Below, one piece after another: positions 10,834-20,160 of a stretch of 64,000 bases of DNA. Source of the stretch: an uncultured bacterium. Lineage in GTDB: Bacteria > Verrucomicrobiota > Kiritimatiellia > RFP12 > UBA1067. The notes beneath the pieces were generated by a model. That model did no database searches, was not told the origin of the DNA, and saw nothing but the letters and a program-made list of their open reading frames with translations. The stretch is from contig URIT01000001.1 in assembly GCA_900547945.1 (NCBI GenBank), positions 25,758 to 89,757 of the forward strand. Direction: 5' to 3'. How positions within the stretch are numbered: the first letter of the stretch is position 1; each line of letters begins with the position of its first letter. The position numbers and the translations under genes were made by a program.

Positions 10834-12029
10834 AAGTCGGCGTTGAGTCAGTGACCGAACTTCTGTCGGAAGCGCCGGCGCTTCGTCCGCTTTTCCTGCG
10901 GTGGGCTCGGGCGACGGTGAAGGGGAGACGGCTGCCGGAGTCGTTTACGGGACCGGCGATCGACTTCGAGGCGCAACGGCGGCTGGAGGCGCTGTTGAAG
11001 ACACGGACGGGACGTACAGGGGACGGGAAGGTCTTCGGGACGTTGCTGCCGACGCTGCGCGAACCGTCCGTCTGGCAGGAAGTCGCCGCGGCGCTGGGCG
11101 TGGGCGAAGCGGTTCAGGCAAAGGCGGAAGCGGTCGAGACCTTCTTGCTTCGGCTTACGTGGCAGTACCCGGCGGCCGGATTTGCGCTGGAGGCCCTGGG
11201 CGAGTCTTCGGAAGTCGTGCGCCATCTGTCCGATTCGGGGAACCGTCCGAATTGGAAGACGCTGTTCGCATCCGTGCTGCGGATGACGCGCTGCCAGCCC
11301 GGTCGGTTGATGACGCTGTCGCAGCTGGGAGCCGACTGGTTTAACGACAGCAAGATCCTGAGGTCGGGTCCGCTGAGGAGACAGCTCGTCCTGATTGTGG
11401 CGGCATTCGCGCGGACGGCATCCGATGATGAAAAGGAAATCCTTGCGTCGTTGGGCATTGAGGCGAATCCGTATACGAGTGCGGTGACGGTTTTCGCACC
11501 GTTCGGGTTCTGGCTCGACGACGGCACGTACTTCGACTTCCCGCTGCAGCTCTACCGGAAGGGACTCGTCTGTCAGCTGCCGGCGGAGACGGTGCTGCGG
11601 ATCGTGCGCATCGACTGGCGTGGGGACGAGAAGAAGATCGCGACAAGCGAGAACGCCGCGCCTCTTATCCGGTTTGTTGCGGTGGGGCGACCGGTCCTCT
11701 ACACGGAAGGCTATCCCAATTGCGCGGTGCTAGAGTTGATGCGGTGCCTTTCTGGGCAAGGGCTTGTCGCTGCCCATTGGGGCGATGCGGATCTTGACGG
11801 ATTGAACATTGCCGCACTGGTGCAGGACAATATGCCGGGCTCGCGCATTGTTGCGGAGGAGGTCATCGCGGTGCCAGGCTGCGTTCCGGGGATCCCTCTG
11901 ACGGACGCGCAGCGGCAGCGCCTCGCGCGATTCCTGGAGCGCAATCCGGCATGTCCGTACGGGGACTGCCTCAAGATGCTGCTGGACCGCGGATGCTGGT
12001 ACGAGCAGGAGTCCTTTCCGTTGGGCTGA
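10830..12029 (+). CDS. jetD: Wadjet JetD (MksG-like; Toprim/topo-VI-like nuclease subunit, DUF2220)
   Basis: 399 aa. GTG start overlapping jetC stop (GTGA). C-terminal region HWGDADLDGLNIA resembles a Toprim DxD metal-binding motif. Confidence 0.65.
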   Translation: MKVGVESVTELLSEAPALRPLFLRWARATVKGRRLPESFTGPAIDFEAQRRLEALLKTRTGRTGDGKVFGTLLPTLREPSVWQEVAAALGVGEAVQAKAEAVETFLLRLTWQYPAAGFALEALGESSEVVRHLSDSGNRPNWKTLFASVLRMTRCQPGRLMTLSQLGADWFNDSKILRSGPLRRQLVLIVAAFARTASDDEKEILASLGIEANPYTSAVTVFAPFGFWLDDGTYFDFPLQLYRKGLVCQLPAETVLRIVRIDWRGDEKKIATSENAAPLIRFVAVGRPVLYTEGYPNCAVLELMRCLSGQGLVAAHWGDADLDGLNIAALVQDNMPGSRIVAEEVIAVPGCVPGIPLTDAQRQRLARFLERNPACPYGDCLKMLLDRGCWYEQESFPLG

Positions 12030-12041
12030 AGGAGTGTCGTG

Positions 12042-12236
12042 ATGAACAAGTTTACGCCAGAGAAACGCTCGAAGATCATGTCCGCGATCCGGTCGCGGGA
12101 CACGCTGCCTGAGATCGTCGTCCGGAAGTGGCTTTTCGCACAGGGGTTCCGCTTCCGCGTCTGCGACAATGTGAAACATGCGATTGGAATGACGGCGGTC
12201 GTCCTGGCGGCTGCTTCGCTGCTTCGCTTCTGGTGA
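12042..12236 (+). pseudogene. vsr: truncated very-short-patch-repair endonuclease (Vsr) N-terminal fragment
   Basis: TPEKRSKIMSAIRSRDTLPEIVVRKWLFAQGFRFRV matches the Vsr N-terminus (cf. E. coli DKATRSKNMRAI..DT..E..L...L...G..FRV). The ORF stops after 65 aa, before the catalytic PGRPD/FVHGCFWH region. GGAG RBS 7 nt upstream. Confidence 0.6.
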
Positions 12237-12279
12237 AAGCGTGCTGGCAATTCTGCTGACGATTTGATAGGATGAACGG

Positions 12280-14346
12280 ATGAAACTCAAGAACAAGCTT
12301 TTGGCAATGGCGCTGGCGGGATCCGTCCTGCCGGTTTGGGCGGCGGGCGAGGCCCGGTGGATTTCCTATCCGGGCGATTACGGCATCTGGTGGGGCAACG
12401 AGCTGCAGAGCCAGCGTCTGCAGTGGGGTTCGCGCCTGACGCCGTTCTGGCCAATGTACGAACCGCATACGCGCGTTCTTTTCAGAAAGGACAACCTCGA
12501 CATCCGCGAGGACGAGGAGCTTGAGGTCCGTTGCGACGGTCACGCGGCGGTCTGCTACTGGACAGACAGATACGGCTACGTCGAAAGTTCGGCGATCGAC
12601 GGGAAGTTCGTGCTGCCCAAGGGTTCGCGCGGCATCGAGATTAAGATCCAGAACACGGCGCGTCCGCCGTCCGTCTGGGTGAAGGGCAAGACGCTCGTGT
12701 CCGACGGGACGTGGAATGCCGGATGGACGACGACATGGGACAAGACGGAGGACGTGCCGGTCGATTCCTCCGCGCGATTCACCGATCCGACGACGCCGCC
12801 CGGACTCGCGAAGCTGCCGGTGAAGGAGAAGCTGCCGGTGGCGACGATTCCGCTGGAGGGTCCGGCGGACGGCTTCACGCTGGCGGCGGATTTCGGCGAG
12901 GAGACCTACGGCTACCTGAAGCTGCGCGACGTGAAGGGCGCGGGCAAGGTCAAGGTCATCTACGCCGAGAGCGAAGCGGAACTGAAGGCCTTCGATCTAG
13001 CGAACACGAAGGCGGGCGCGCTGGACGGCTGGGAGATGCTGGACCTTTCCGAGACGGCTGAATTCCGCCGCGAGATCGCGCACGGCTTCCGCTATGTGAG
13101 TCTCCGGCGCGTCTCGGGCGACGTGACGGTCGGTTCGATGGCGATGGACTACGAGTGGAAGGACGTTCCGGTGCGCGGAAGCTTCCGCTGCAGCGATCCG
13201 GAGATCAACCGCATCTGGGACGTCTCCGTGCACACGCTCGAGCTCACCTGCCGCGAGGTCTTCATCGAAGGCGTCAAGCGCGACCACTGGGTGTGGAGCG
13301 GCGACGCGGTGCAGAGCTTCCTCATGAACTACTATGTCTTCGGCGATTACGACGGCTGCCGCGATACGCTCTGGACGCTACGCGGGAAGGATCCGGTGAA
13401 GGTGCATCTCAACCGCATCATGGACTACACGTTCTACTGGTTCGATGCGGTCGAGAAATACCGCCTCTATTCGGGGGACGCGAACATCGCCCGCCAGGTC
13501 TATCCTCGGATGAAGTCGCTCATGGAGTTCGCGATCGGACGCCTGGATGCCGAGGGACGGCCCGCCAACCGTCCCGGCGACTGGATGTTCATCGACTGGG
13601 CGCCGAAGCCGCTGCCGAACGAGGGTGGGGTGACGAGCTTCGAGCAGATGCTCCTCGTGCGGGCGCTCGAGGCGACGGCCTCGGTGGCGACGGAAGTCGG
13701 CGCGAGGGAGGATGCCGCGGCTTACCTGGCGCGGGCGAAGAAGCTGCGCGCGGAGATCGTGCCGCGGTACTGGAACGCCGAGAAGGGCGGACTCATGCAC
13801 ATGATCTACGCTGACGGCCGGACGGATCCGATGATCACGCGCTATCCGAACATGTTCGGCCTCTTCTACGGCTACTTCGACAAGGCTCAGCAGGAGAGTG
13901 TCGTGAAGAACGTCATCTTCAACGATGACGTCCTCAAGATCCAGACGCCGTACATGCGTTTCTACGAACTCGAGTCGCTCTGCGCGCTGGGCCGACAGGC
14001 AGACGTCACGAAGGAGATCAAGGTCTACTGGGGCGGCATGCTCAAGCTTGGCGCGACGAGCTTCTGGGAGCTCTACAACCCGACCGAGTCGGGTGAGCAG
14101 CACTACGCGATGTACGGGCGCCGCTTCGGCAAGTCACTCTGCCACGCGTGGGGCGCGAGCCCCGTCTATCTCCTCGGCAGGTACTACCTCGGCGTCACGC
14201 CGACCTCGCCGGGCTTCAAGACCTACGACGTGAAGCCGAACCTCGGCGGACTCGACTGGATCGAGGGCGACGTACCGACGCCGTGGGGCAGAATCCACGT
14301 CTATGCGGACAAGAATGGCCACAAGGTGACCGAGATCCGCGACTGA
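12280..14346 (+). CDS. secreted six-hairpin glycoside hydrolase, GH78 (alpha-L-rhamnosidase)-like
   Basis: Signal peptide MKLKNKLLAMALAGSVLPVWAAGEA. VKRDHWVWSGDA resembles GH78 PQRDERLGWTGDA. C-terminal HAWGASPVYLLGRYYLGV typical of the (alpha/alpha)6 GH fold. Confidence 0.45.
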   Translation: MKLKNKLLAMALAGSVLPVWAAGEARWISYPGDYGIWWGNELQSQRLQWGSRLTPFWPMYEPHTRVLFRKDNLDIREDEELEVRCDGHAAVCYWTDRYGYVESSAIDGKFVLPKGSRGIEIKIQNTARPPSVWVKGKTLVSDGTWNAGWTTTWDKTEDVPVDSSARFTDPTTPPGLAKLPVKEKLPVATIPLEGPADGFTLAADFGEETYGYLKLRDVKGAGKVKVIYAESEAELKAFDLANTKAGALDGWEMLDLSETAEFRREIAHGFRYVSLRRVSGDVTVGSMAMDYEWKDVPVRGSFRCSDPEINRIWDVSVHTLELTCREVFIEGVKRDHWVWSGDAVQSFLMNYYVFGDYDGCRDTLWTLRGKDPVKVHLNRIMDYTFYWFDAVEKYRLYSGDANIARQVYPRMKSLMEFAIGRLDAEGRPANRPGDWMFIDWAPKPLPNEGGVTSFEQMLLVRALEATASVATEVGAREDAAAYLARAKKLRAEIVPRYWNAEKGGLMHMIYADGRTDPMITRYPNMFGLFYGYFDKAQQESVVKNVIFNDDVLKIQTPYMRFYELESLCALGRQADVTKEIKVYWGGMLKLGATSFWELYNPTESGEQHYAMYGRRFGKSLCHAWGASPVYLLGRYYLGVTPTSPGFKTYDVKPNLGGLDWIEGDVPTPWGRIHVYADKNGHKVTEIRD

Positions 14347-14542
14347 ACGCCGGACCCTCGCCTCATTTCATCGAGGGGAGGACGATGCTGCGGAGGATGA
14401 CCTTCTGAAAGAGAAGGAAGACGGCCGCTGTCGGAATCAAGACCAGAACGAAGCCGGCCATGACGCACCAGGGCTGCCCGGCGAACGTGTCCGTCGACAG
14501 TTTACAATCGCACCCCGAATCGGGCGACAGTGCCGATTCGGC

Positions 14543-14572
14543 TTGACTTCCGCGCCTGAATAATCTTAGAAT
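14543..14572 (+). promoter_or_regulatory. sigma70-like promoter TTGACT-N18-TAGAAT; short leader before the ATG at 14589
   Basis: Hexamers read directly. ATG lies 17 nt after the -10 element. Confidence 0.4.
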
Positions 14573-14588
14573 ATGCGCCCAGCGGCAC

Positions 14589-14873
14589 ATGAACAAGTTT
14601 CTCCATAGAATCCTCCAGGTCTTCTTCTTCCTTGGTTTCATTAGCATCGTCGTGACGGGCGTGATGGTCTCCTACCCGAAGTACCGACAGGCGAGCGGCC
14701 TGGCGTCCGAACGGGAGCGCATCCTCCGCCGCAGCGACGAGAAGAACCGGGAAATCGCGGAAATCCGTGCGAAACAGCGGCGGTTCAACACCGACCGCGA
14801 GTTCGTCGAGGCGCTGGCGCGCCGGAACCGGCGTGTCTTCCCGGGTGAACTCGTGTTCATCTTCGACGATTGA
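14589..14873 (+). CDS. FtsB/DivIC-like septum formation initiator family protein
   Basis: 94 aa. N-terminal TM helix (FFFLGFISIVVTGVMV) followed by a charged coiled-coil (ERERILRRSDEKNREIAEIRAKQRR). Confidence 0.5.
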   Translation: MNKFLHRILQVFFFLGFISIVVTGVMVSYPKYRQASGLASERERILRRSDEKNREIAEIRAKQRRFNTDREFVEALARRNRRVFPGELVFIFDD

Positions 14874-15586
14874 GCGGTGCGGTGGCGGGGGCGTTGAGAT
14901 TTCTGCTGGCGGGGGCGGCGTTGCCGCTCGCATGGGGCGTGACGCGGTCGCTCGTCGATGTGATGGGTGAGATTCCGACGGAGGGAGGGGCCGTTGTGCC
15001 GCTTGGCGTGGTGGCCGTGATCGCGGGACTTGTCGCCCAGCTGGCCGTCTGGAAGTTCCTGCCGCTGCCCGTCCGGGCCTACGTCCTCGGACACGAACTC
15101 ACGCACGCCCTGTGGGGACTCCTCTTCGGCGCGCGCGTCTCCAAGCTGCGCGTCGGGACATCCGGCGGATCCGTGACGCTTTCGAAGTCGAACGTGTGGA
15201 TCACCCTCGCGCCGTACTTCTTCCCGTTCTACACCGTGGTCGTCGCGCTCATCGCCCTCGCCGTGCGGTGCTTCGTCTCCCCGCTCCCGATGCCGGGAGC
15301 CTGGCTCTTCGCGGTGGGGTTCACCTGGTGCTTCCACTGCTGCTTCACGATCCGCTCGCTCCTGCAGCATCAGCCGGACATCGAGGAATACGGGCGGCTC
15401 TTCTCCTACGTGCTCATCTGGATCTTCAACGTCGTCGGCGTCGCCGTGTGGATTGTCTGCACGGCGGGAATCCCCTGGACGGCCTTCGCCCGTTCGCTTC
15501 TCTCGCGTGCGGCCGGCGCCTACCTCGCCGTCGGCTCCGGCGCCGCGTGGCTCTCTGAATCCCTCCGTGCGCTTCTCCGGGGCTGA
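14870..15586 (+). CDS. polytopic membrane protein with HExxH motif (putative membrane-embedded zinc metalloprotease, DUF3267-like)
   Basis: YVLGHELTHALWG (HExxH) inside hydrophobic segments, about 5 predicted TM helices. TTG start overlaps upstream stop. Confidence 0.4.
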   Translation: MSGAVAGALRFLLAGAALPLAWGVTRSLVDVMGEIPTEGGAVVPLGVVAVIAGLVAQLAVWKFLPLPVRAYVLGHELTHALWGLLFGARVSKLRVGTSGGSVTLSKSNVWITLAPYFFPFYTVVVALIALAVRCFVSPLPMPGAWLFAVGFTWCFHCCFTIRSLLQHQPDIEEYGRLFSYVLIWIFNVVGVAVWIVCTAGIPWTAFARSLLSRAAGAYLAVGSGAAWLSESLRALLRG

Positions 15587-15604
15587 GCCTGCCTCCTGTC
15601 TGAA

Positions 15605-16678
15605 ATGGCGATAAACCTCTACGTCCATTTCCCGTTCTGCAGGGCCAAGTGTGCCTACTGCGCGCTCCTCTCCCGCGCCGGTTCGACGGCGGCGGCACGG
15701 GCCGCGCATGTCGCGCGCGTTCTCCGCGAACTCCCGGAAGGGCCGTTCGAAACCGTCTACTTCGGGGGTGGTACGCCCGCCCTCTGCGATCTCGCACCGC
15801 TTCTCGCCGCGCTGAAGCCGCGCCTTGCGCCGGGTGCCGAGTTCACCGTGGAACTCCACCCGGCAGATGTGGCGGCTGCCCTTTTGGACACGTTGCGCCA
15901 CGGTGGCGTGAACCGCATTTCCCTCGGCGTGCAGAGTTTCGACGACGCGGCGCTCGCGGCGATGGGGCGCGGGCATACGGCATGTGAGGCCGAGGCGGCC
16001 TTCCGCCGTGTCCAGGCCGTCTTCCCGAATGCCGGCCTCGACCTCATCGCCGGTTGGCCGGGGACGGCGGAGACCTCCTGGCGTACGACGCTCGCGCGCG
16101 CCCGTGCGCTTGAACCCGTCCACATGAGCTGCTACACGCTCATCCGCGAGCCGAAGACACGGCTCGACCGCGCGGTTCGCGCGGGACGGCTTACACTGCC
16201 GGACGACGAAGCCGCGCTCGGGCAGATTGCCGCCGCCCACGAGGTCTTCGCCGCCGCCGGGCTCGTCCGTTATGAAGTCTCGAACTACGCGAAGCCCGGC
16301 TTCGCCTGCCGTCACAATTCCGCCGTCTGGCGTGGCGAGGACTACGTCGGACTCGGCGAGGGCGCGCATGGCCGCCTCGGCCTCACGCGAACAGTCGGCA
16401 CCGCCACGGGCTATGAAACGACGGCGGTCACGGAACGGGAGGACGCCTTCGAGCGTGCCGTCCTGGGGCTGCGCACCGCCGCCGGACTCGACCTCGCCGA
16501 CGTTGCGCGTCGCCACCCGCTCCTCGCGCCGTACCTCCCCGCCTGGCACACGCGCCTGATGGCGCTCGTCGCGCCCGGCATCCTGTCTGTTCCTACCCCC
16601 CGCCGCTTCGTCCCCACGGCGCGCGGCTTCGAGGTCTGCGACGCCGTCATGGCCGAACTCGCCCCTGATGAAACGTGA
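15605..16678 (+). CDS. hemW: radical SAM family heme chaperone HemW / coproporphyrinogen-III oxidase-like
   Basis: LYVHFPFCRAKCAYCAL (CxxxCxxC radical-SAM cluster in the HemN/HemW context). YFGGGTP motif. 357 aa. Confidence 0.7.
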   Translation: MAINLYVHFPFCRAKCAYCALLSRAGSTAAARAAHVARVLRELPEGPFETVYFGGGTPALCDLAPLLAALKPRLAPGAEFTVELHPADVAAALLDTLRHGGVNRISLGVQSFDDAALAAMGRGHTACEAEAAFRRVQAVFPNAGLDLIAGWPGTAETSWRTTLARARALEPVHMSCYTLIREPKTRLDRAVRAGRLTLPDDEAALGQIAAAHEVFAAAGLVRYEVSNYAKPGFACRHNSAVWRGEDYVGLGEGAHGRLGLTRTVGTATGYETTAVTEREDAFERAVLGLRTAAGLDLADVARRHPLLAPYLPAWHTRLMALVAPGILSVPTPRRFVPTARGFEVCDAVMAELAPDET

Positions 16679-16746
16679 GCGGGACAAAAAGCCTAATTCC
16701 CACTCCCCAACCACCAAGCCCCAGACGTATGCTATACTATTCCGCC

Positions 16747-17529
16747 ATGAGACAGACCCTTCTGATTCTTGCCACGGTCGCGTGCGCCGCGCTGACCGGA
16801 TGCTTCGACAACCACGGGCGTCCGCAGGATGCGACGCCCGTCACCTCCCTTGCGGCGCTTGCCGCCACGAACCGCGCCGAAGTCGTGCGCCTCTATCTGC
16901 GCGGCGGCGCGGAGCCGCTGGCGAAGGGGGCCCTGGCGGACCTCCCCCGTTTGCGCGAGCTGGACCTCTCGGAGCGCGCGCTGGCGGCGGTGCCGGAGGA
17001 GGTCTTCGCGCTTCCGTCGCTGGAACGGTTCTGGTTCGCTCGCAACCAGTTGGCGGAATGCCCCGCCGCGCTCGCGAAGCTGCCCGCGCTCACGTACCTG
17101 AACCTGGACGGCAACAGGCTGACGGCGGTGCCGGAGGCGCTGGGCGACGCCGCGCGTCTGCGCTACCTGCGGCTCAACGAGAACCAGCTCGCGGACCTTC
17201 CGGCGGCGTTGGGGAGGCTGAAGGAGCTTCGCCGCTTCTACGCGGTGCGCAACAGGCTGACGGCGGTGCCCGCGTTCCTGAAGGAGTGTCCGCTGGTCGA
17301 GGACGTCATCCTCGACCACAACGCAATCACCGAGGTGCCCGCGTGGCTGACGGCGCTGCCCGCGCTGCGGAGCGTGTCGCTGACGGGGTGCCGCATCGCG
17401 AAACTCCCGGATGATTTGTCCGGCTGGCGGAAGCTGGAGGCGCTGTCGCTCGCGGGGTGTCCGATCCCCGCCGACGAGATGAAGCGCATCCGGAAGGCGC
17501 TCGGTGACGACGTGGCCGTCACCTTCTAG
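16747..17529 (+). CDS. leucine-rich-repeat lipoprotein
   Basis: MRQTLLILATVACAALTGC lipobox. At least 8 LRRs (LxxLxLxxNxLxxVPxxL), e.g. LTYLNLDGNRLTAVPEAL. Confidence 0.6.
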   Translation: MRQTLLILATVACAALTGCFDNHGRPQDATPVTSLAALAATNRAEVVRLYLRGGAEPLAKGALADLPRLRELDLSERALAAVPEEVFALPSLERFWFARNQLAECPAALAKLPALTYLNLDGNRLTAVPEALGDAARLRYLRLNENQLADLPAALGRLKELRRFYAVRNRLTAVPAFLKECPLVEDVILDHNAITEVPAWLTALPALRSVSLTGCRIAKLPDDLSGWRKLEALSLAGCPIPADEMKRIRKALGDDVAVTF

Positions 17530-17533
17530 CGCG

Positions 17534-18946
17534 ATGCGGGCACAGGAACGACTGAAGGACCTTGCGGAGGCGCCCCTTGGGCGTCTCCTTGTGCGTTTTT
17601 CGTGGCCCGCGCTCGTCTCGATGTCGTTGAACGCGCTCTACGCGATCATCGACCGCGTGTACGTCGGGCATGGGTGCGGCCAGGACGCGATGGCGGGCAT
17701 CACGCTCGCGTTCCCGATCATGATGTTGTTTGGCGCGTTCGGCGTGTTCGTCGGCGCGGGGCACGCGGCGCTCCTCTCGATCAAGCTCGGGGAAGGGGAC
17801 CGCACCGCGTGCGAGAAGATCCTCGGGGAACTCGTGGCGTTCAAGCTCGCGTTCTTCTGCGTGCTGCCGCCGCTCGTCTTCCTCTTCCTCGACCCGATCC
17901 TGCGTGCGACGGGCGGGGACGGCGTGACGCCCGGCGCGCTCGAACAGGCGAAGGTCTACCTGCGCATCGTCCTCTTTTCGCACGTCTTCTCCCATCTCGC
18001 CTACGGCCTTTCCGCCACGATGCGCAGCGAGGGGGCCGTGGTGCCGTCCATGATGTGCATGGTGGTGGGCTTTGGCGTGAACCTGGTGCTGGACCCGATT
18101 TTCATCTTCGGGTGCGGAATGGGCGTGGCGGGGGCGGCCTGGGCGACGGTGATCGCCATGCTCGTCTCCTGCCTGTGGGCGTTCGCCTACTACCGTCCGG
18201 GGCACAGCGCGGTGCGGCTGAGGCTGCGCCGGATCGGCTTCTACCGGGCCTATGCGGGGCGGGCGGCGGGCATCGGGCTTTCGCCGGCCCTGCAGCAGCT
18301 GATGGGGAGCCTGATCAACGTTTCGATGCAGATCGCGTTCGCGAAGTGGGCGGTTGACAGGGCATCCGCCACGACGCAGATCGCCTCGCTCGGCGTCTTC
18401 CAGATGGTGATGATGCTTTTCTTCATGCCCATCCTTGGCGTCCAGCAGGGACTCGCTCCGATCATCGGCTACTGCTGGGGCGCCCGCAGCTACGCGCGCG
18501 TGCGGCGCGTGCTGCTGCTCGGCCTCGCCGTGACGACCGCCTGCTGCACGTTCGCCGCGCTCGCGCAGGTGCTCGTGCCGGAGCCGATCGTGCGGATCTT
18601 CACGGACGGCGCCGACCGGGCCTTCCTCGCCCTCGCGGCGGGCGACCTGCGGCTCGCGAACTGCATGCTCTGGTGCATCGGGCTCAACGTGGTGGCGACC
18701 ACCTACTTCCAGTCCATCGGGCACCCCTGGACGGCGACCTTCCTCTCGATGCTGCGCCAGTTCCTCTGTCTGCTGCCCTGCGTGTGGATCCTGCCCTGCT
18801 TCTTCTCGGACCATACGTTCGCGATCTGGGTCTCGCTGCCGATTTCGGACGTTCTTGCCTTCTTCGCGACGATTCCCCCGTTCCTGCTCCATCTCCGCTT
18901 CCTCGGTCGGGTCGGCCGACGGGTGGCGAAGAGAAGCGTGGCATGA
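17534..18946 (+). CDS. MATE family efflux transporter
   Basis: 12-TM profile. N-terminal LLVRFSWPALVSMSLNALYAIIDRVYVGH is typical of NorM/MATE. Confidence 0.7.
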   Translation: MRAQERLKDLAEAPLGRLLVRFSWPALVSMSLNALYAIIDRVYVGHGCGQDAMAGITLAFPIMMLFGAFGVFVGAGHAALLSIKLGEGDRTACEKILGELVAFKLAFFCVLPPLVFLFLDPILRATGGDGVTPGALEQAKVYLRIVLFSHVFSHLAYGLSATMRSEGAVVPSMMCMVVGFGVNLVLDPIFIFGCGMGVAGAAWATVIAMLVSCLWAFAYYRPGHSAVRLRLRRIGFYRAYAGRAAGIGLSPALQQLMGSLINVSMQIAFAKWAVDRASATTQIASLGVFQMVMMLFFMPILGVQQGLAPIIGYCWGARSYARVRRVLLLGLAVTTACCTFAALAQVLVPEPIVRIFTDGADRAFLALAAGDLRLANCMLWCIGLNVVATTYFQSIGHPWTATFLSMLRQFLCLLPCVWILPCFFSDHTFAIWVSLPISDVLAFFATIPPFLLHLRFLGRVGRRVAKRSVA

Positions 18947-19047
18947 AGGCGTTGATTCTGACGGGCTCGGGCTGGAAGGAATCCTCCCCGCTATCTGGCG
19001 GGAGGCGTCGTGGAGGGCGAATGGGACGACGAGGTTGTCATCTAGAC

Positions 19048-19078
19048 GGGAGGGACGCAATTCATTGTGTCGTGTCGC
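19048..19078. repeat. REP-like palindromic element (variant, inverted orientation)
   Basis: gggagggacgcaattcattgtgtcgtgtcgc. Same family as 26971..27137 and others. Confidence 0.6.
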
Positions 19079-19080
19079 TG

Positions 19081-19140
19081 AAACCTAAAACCTAGAACCT
19101 CAAACCCTAAAACCTAAAACCTAGAACCTCAAACCTAATA
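19081..19140. repeat. heptamer tandem repeat (AAACCTA-like units, 8 copies as two 29-nt super-units)
   Basis: aaacctaaaacctagaacctcaaaccct / aaaacctaaaacctagaacctcaaaccta, read directly. Upstream of fabD. Confidence 0.7.
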
Positions 19141-19213
19141 AAGGCATTTTAGGGGGTCACAAGCCGCCCTCTTTTTGCTATCATATCCAGACAAGTTCAG
19201 GAGATACTGCATC

Positions 19214-20134
19214 ATGTCTGATTGCTGCGTTTTTGCGGGCCAAGGGGCCCAGGTGCCCGGAATGGGCAGGGATTTCGCCGAGGCGGACGCCACGGCGATG
19301 GAACTGTTCGACAAGGCGAACGCCGTCCTCGGCTTCGACCTGAAGACGGTCTGTTTCGAGGGACCGGCCGAGGCGCTGACGAAATCCAACGTCTGCCAGC
19401 CCGCCATCTTCGTGACGAGCTACGCCGCCTACCTCGCGCTCCAGAAGAGGCGCGCGACGCCGTTCGCGGCGGCGGCCGGCCTCTCGCTCGGCGAATGGGG
19501 CGCGCTCTGCGCGGCGGGCGTCCTCGACTTCGACGCGACGTTGACGGTGCTGGAGGCGCGCGGCCGCTTCATGCAGGAGGCGTGCGAGGCCACGCCGAGC
19601 GGCATGATCGCCATCGTGGGCGCCTCGCCCGCGCAGCTGGACGAGCTGTGCGCGAAGACGGGCTGCACGCCCGCGAACATCAACTCGGCGGCGCAGGTCG
19701 TCCTCTCCGGCGACAAGGCGCAGATCGCGGCGGCTGCCGCGACGGCGAAAGAGCTTGGCATCAAGCGCGCGATTCCGCTCGCGACGGCGGGGGCGTTCCA
19801 CTCGAAGTTCATGCAGCCGGCGCGCGAGAAGCTCGCGCCCGTCCTCGACGGCATCACGTTCCACGCACCGAAGATCCCCGTGATCTCGAACGTGACGGGA
19901 AGGGTCCATTCCTCCGATCCCGCCGAGATCAAGGACGTGATGCTCCGCCAGGTCACCGAGACGACGCGGTGGGCGGACGACATCGCGGCGGCGAAGGCGC
20001 TGGGCTGCACGCGGTTCATCGAGTTCGGTCCAGGCAAGGTGCTGTCGGGCCTCATCAAGAAGATCGACGCCGCGCTCACGACGCTCAACGTCTCCGATCT
20101 GGCGACGCTGGACGCAACCGTGTCCGCACTGTAA
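19214..20134 (+). CDS. fabD: malonyl CoA-acyl carrier protein transacylase
   Basis: CVFAGQGAQVPGMG, GLSLGEWGALCAAGV (GxSxG active-site Ser). 306 aa. RBS caggag. Confidence 0.85.
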   Translation: MSDCCVFAGQGAQVPGMGRDFAEADATAMELFDKANAVLGFDLKTVCFEGPAEALTKSNVCQPAIFVTSYAAYLALQKRRATPFAAAAGLSLGEWGALCAAGVLDFDATLTVLEARGRFMQEACEATPSGMIAIVGASPAQLDELCAKTGCTPANINSAAQVVLSGDKAQIAAAAATAKELGIKRAIPLATAGAFHSKFMQPAREKLAPVLDGITFHAPKIPVISNVTGRVHSSDPAEIKDVMLRQVTETTRWADDIAAAKALGCTRFIEFGPGKVLSGLIKKIDAALTTLNVSDLATLDATVSAL

Positions 20135-20160
20135 GGTCATTTAAGGAATAGGAGTTGAAA

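Noticed and set aside
14363-14461. 32-aa hydrophobic peptide ORF (MAGFVLVLIPTAAVFLLFQKVILRSIVLPSMK) on the minus strand
   Set aside because: No RBS and no recognisable family. Could be a real small membrane protein but unsupported. A 9-bp-stem hairpin (14505..14540) nearby may instead be a terminator or operator.
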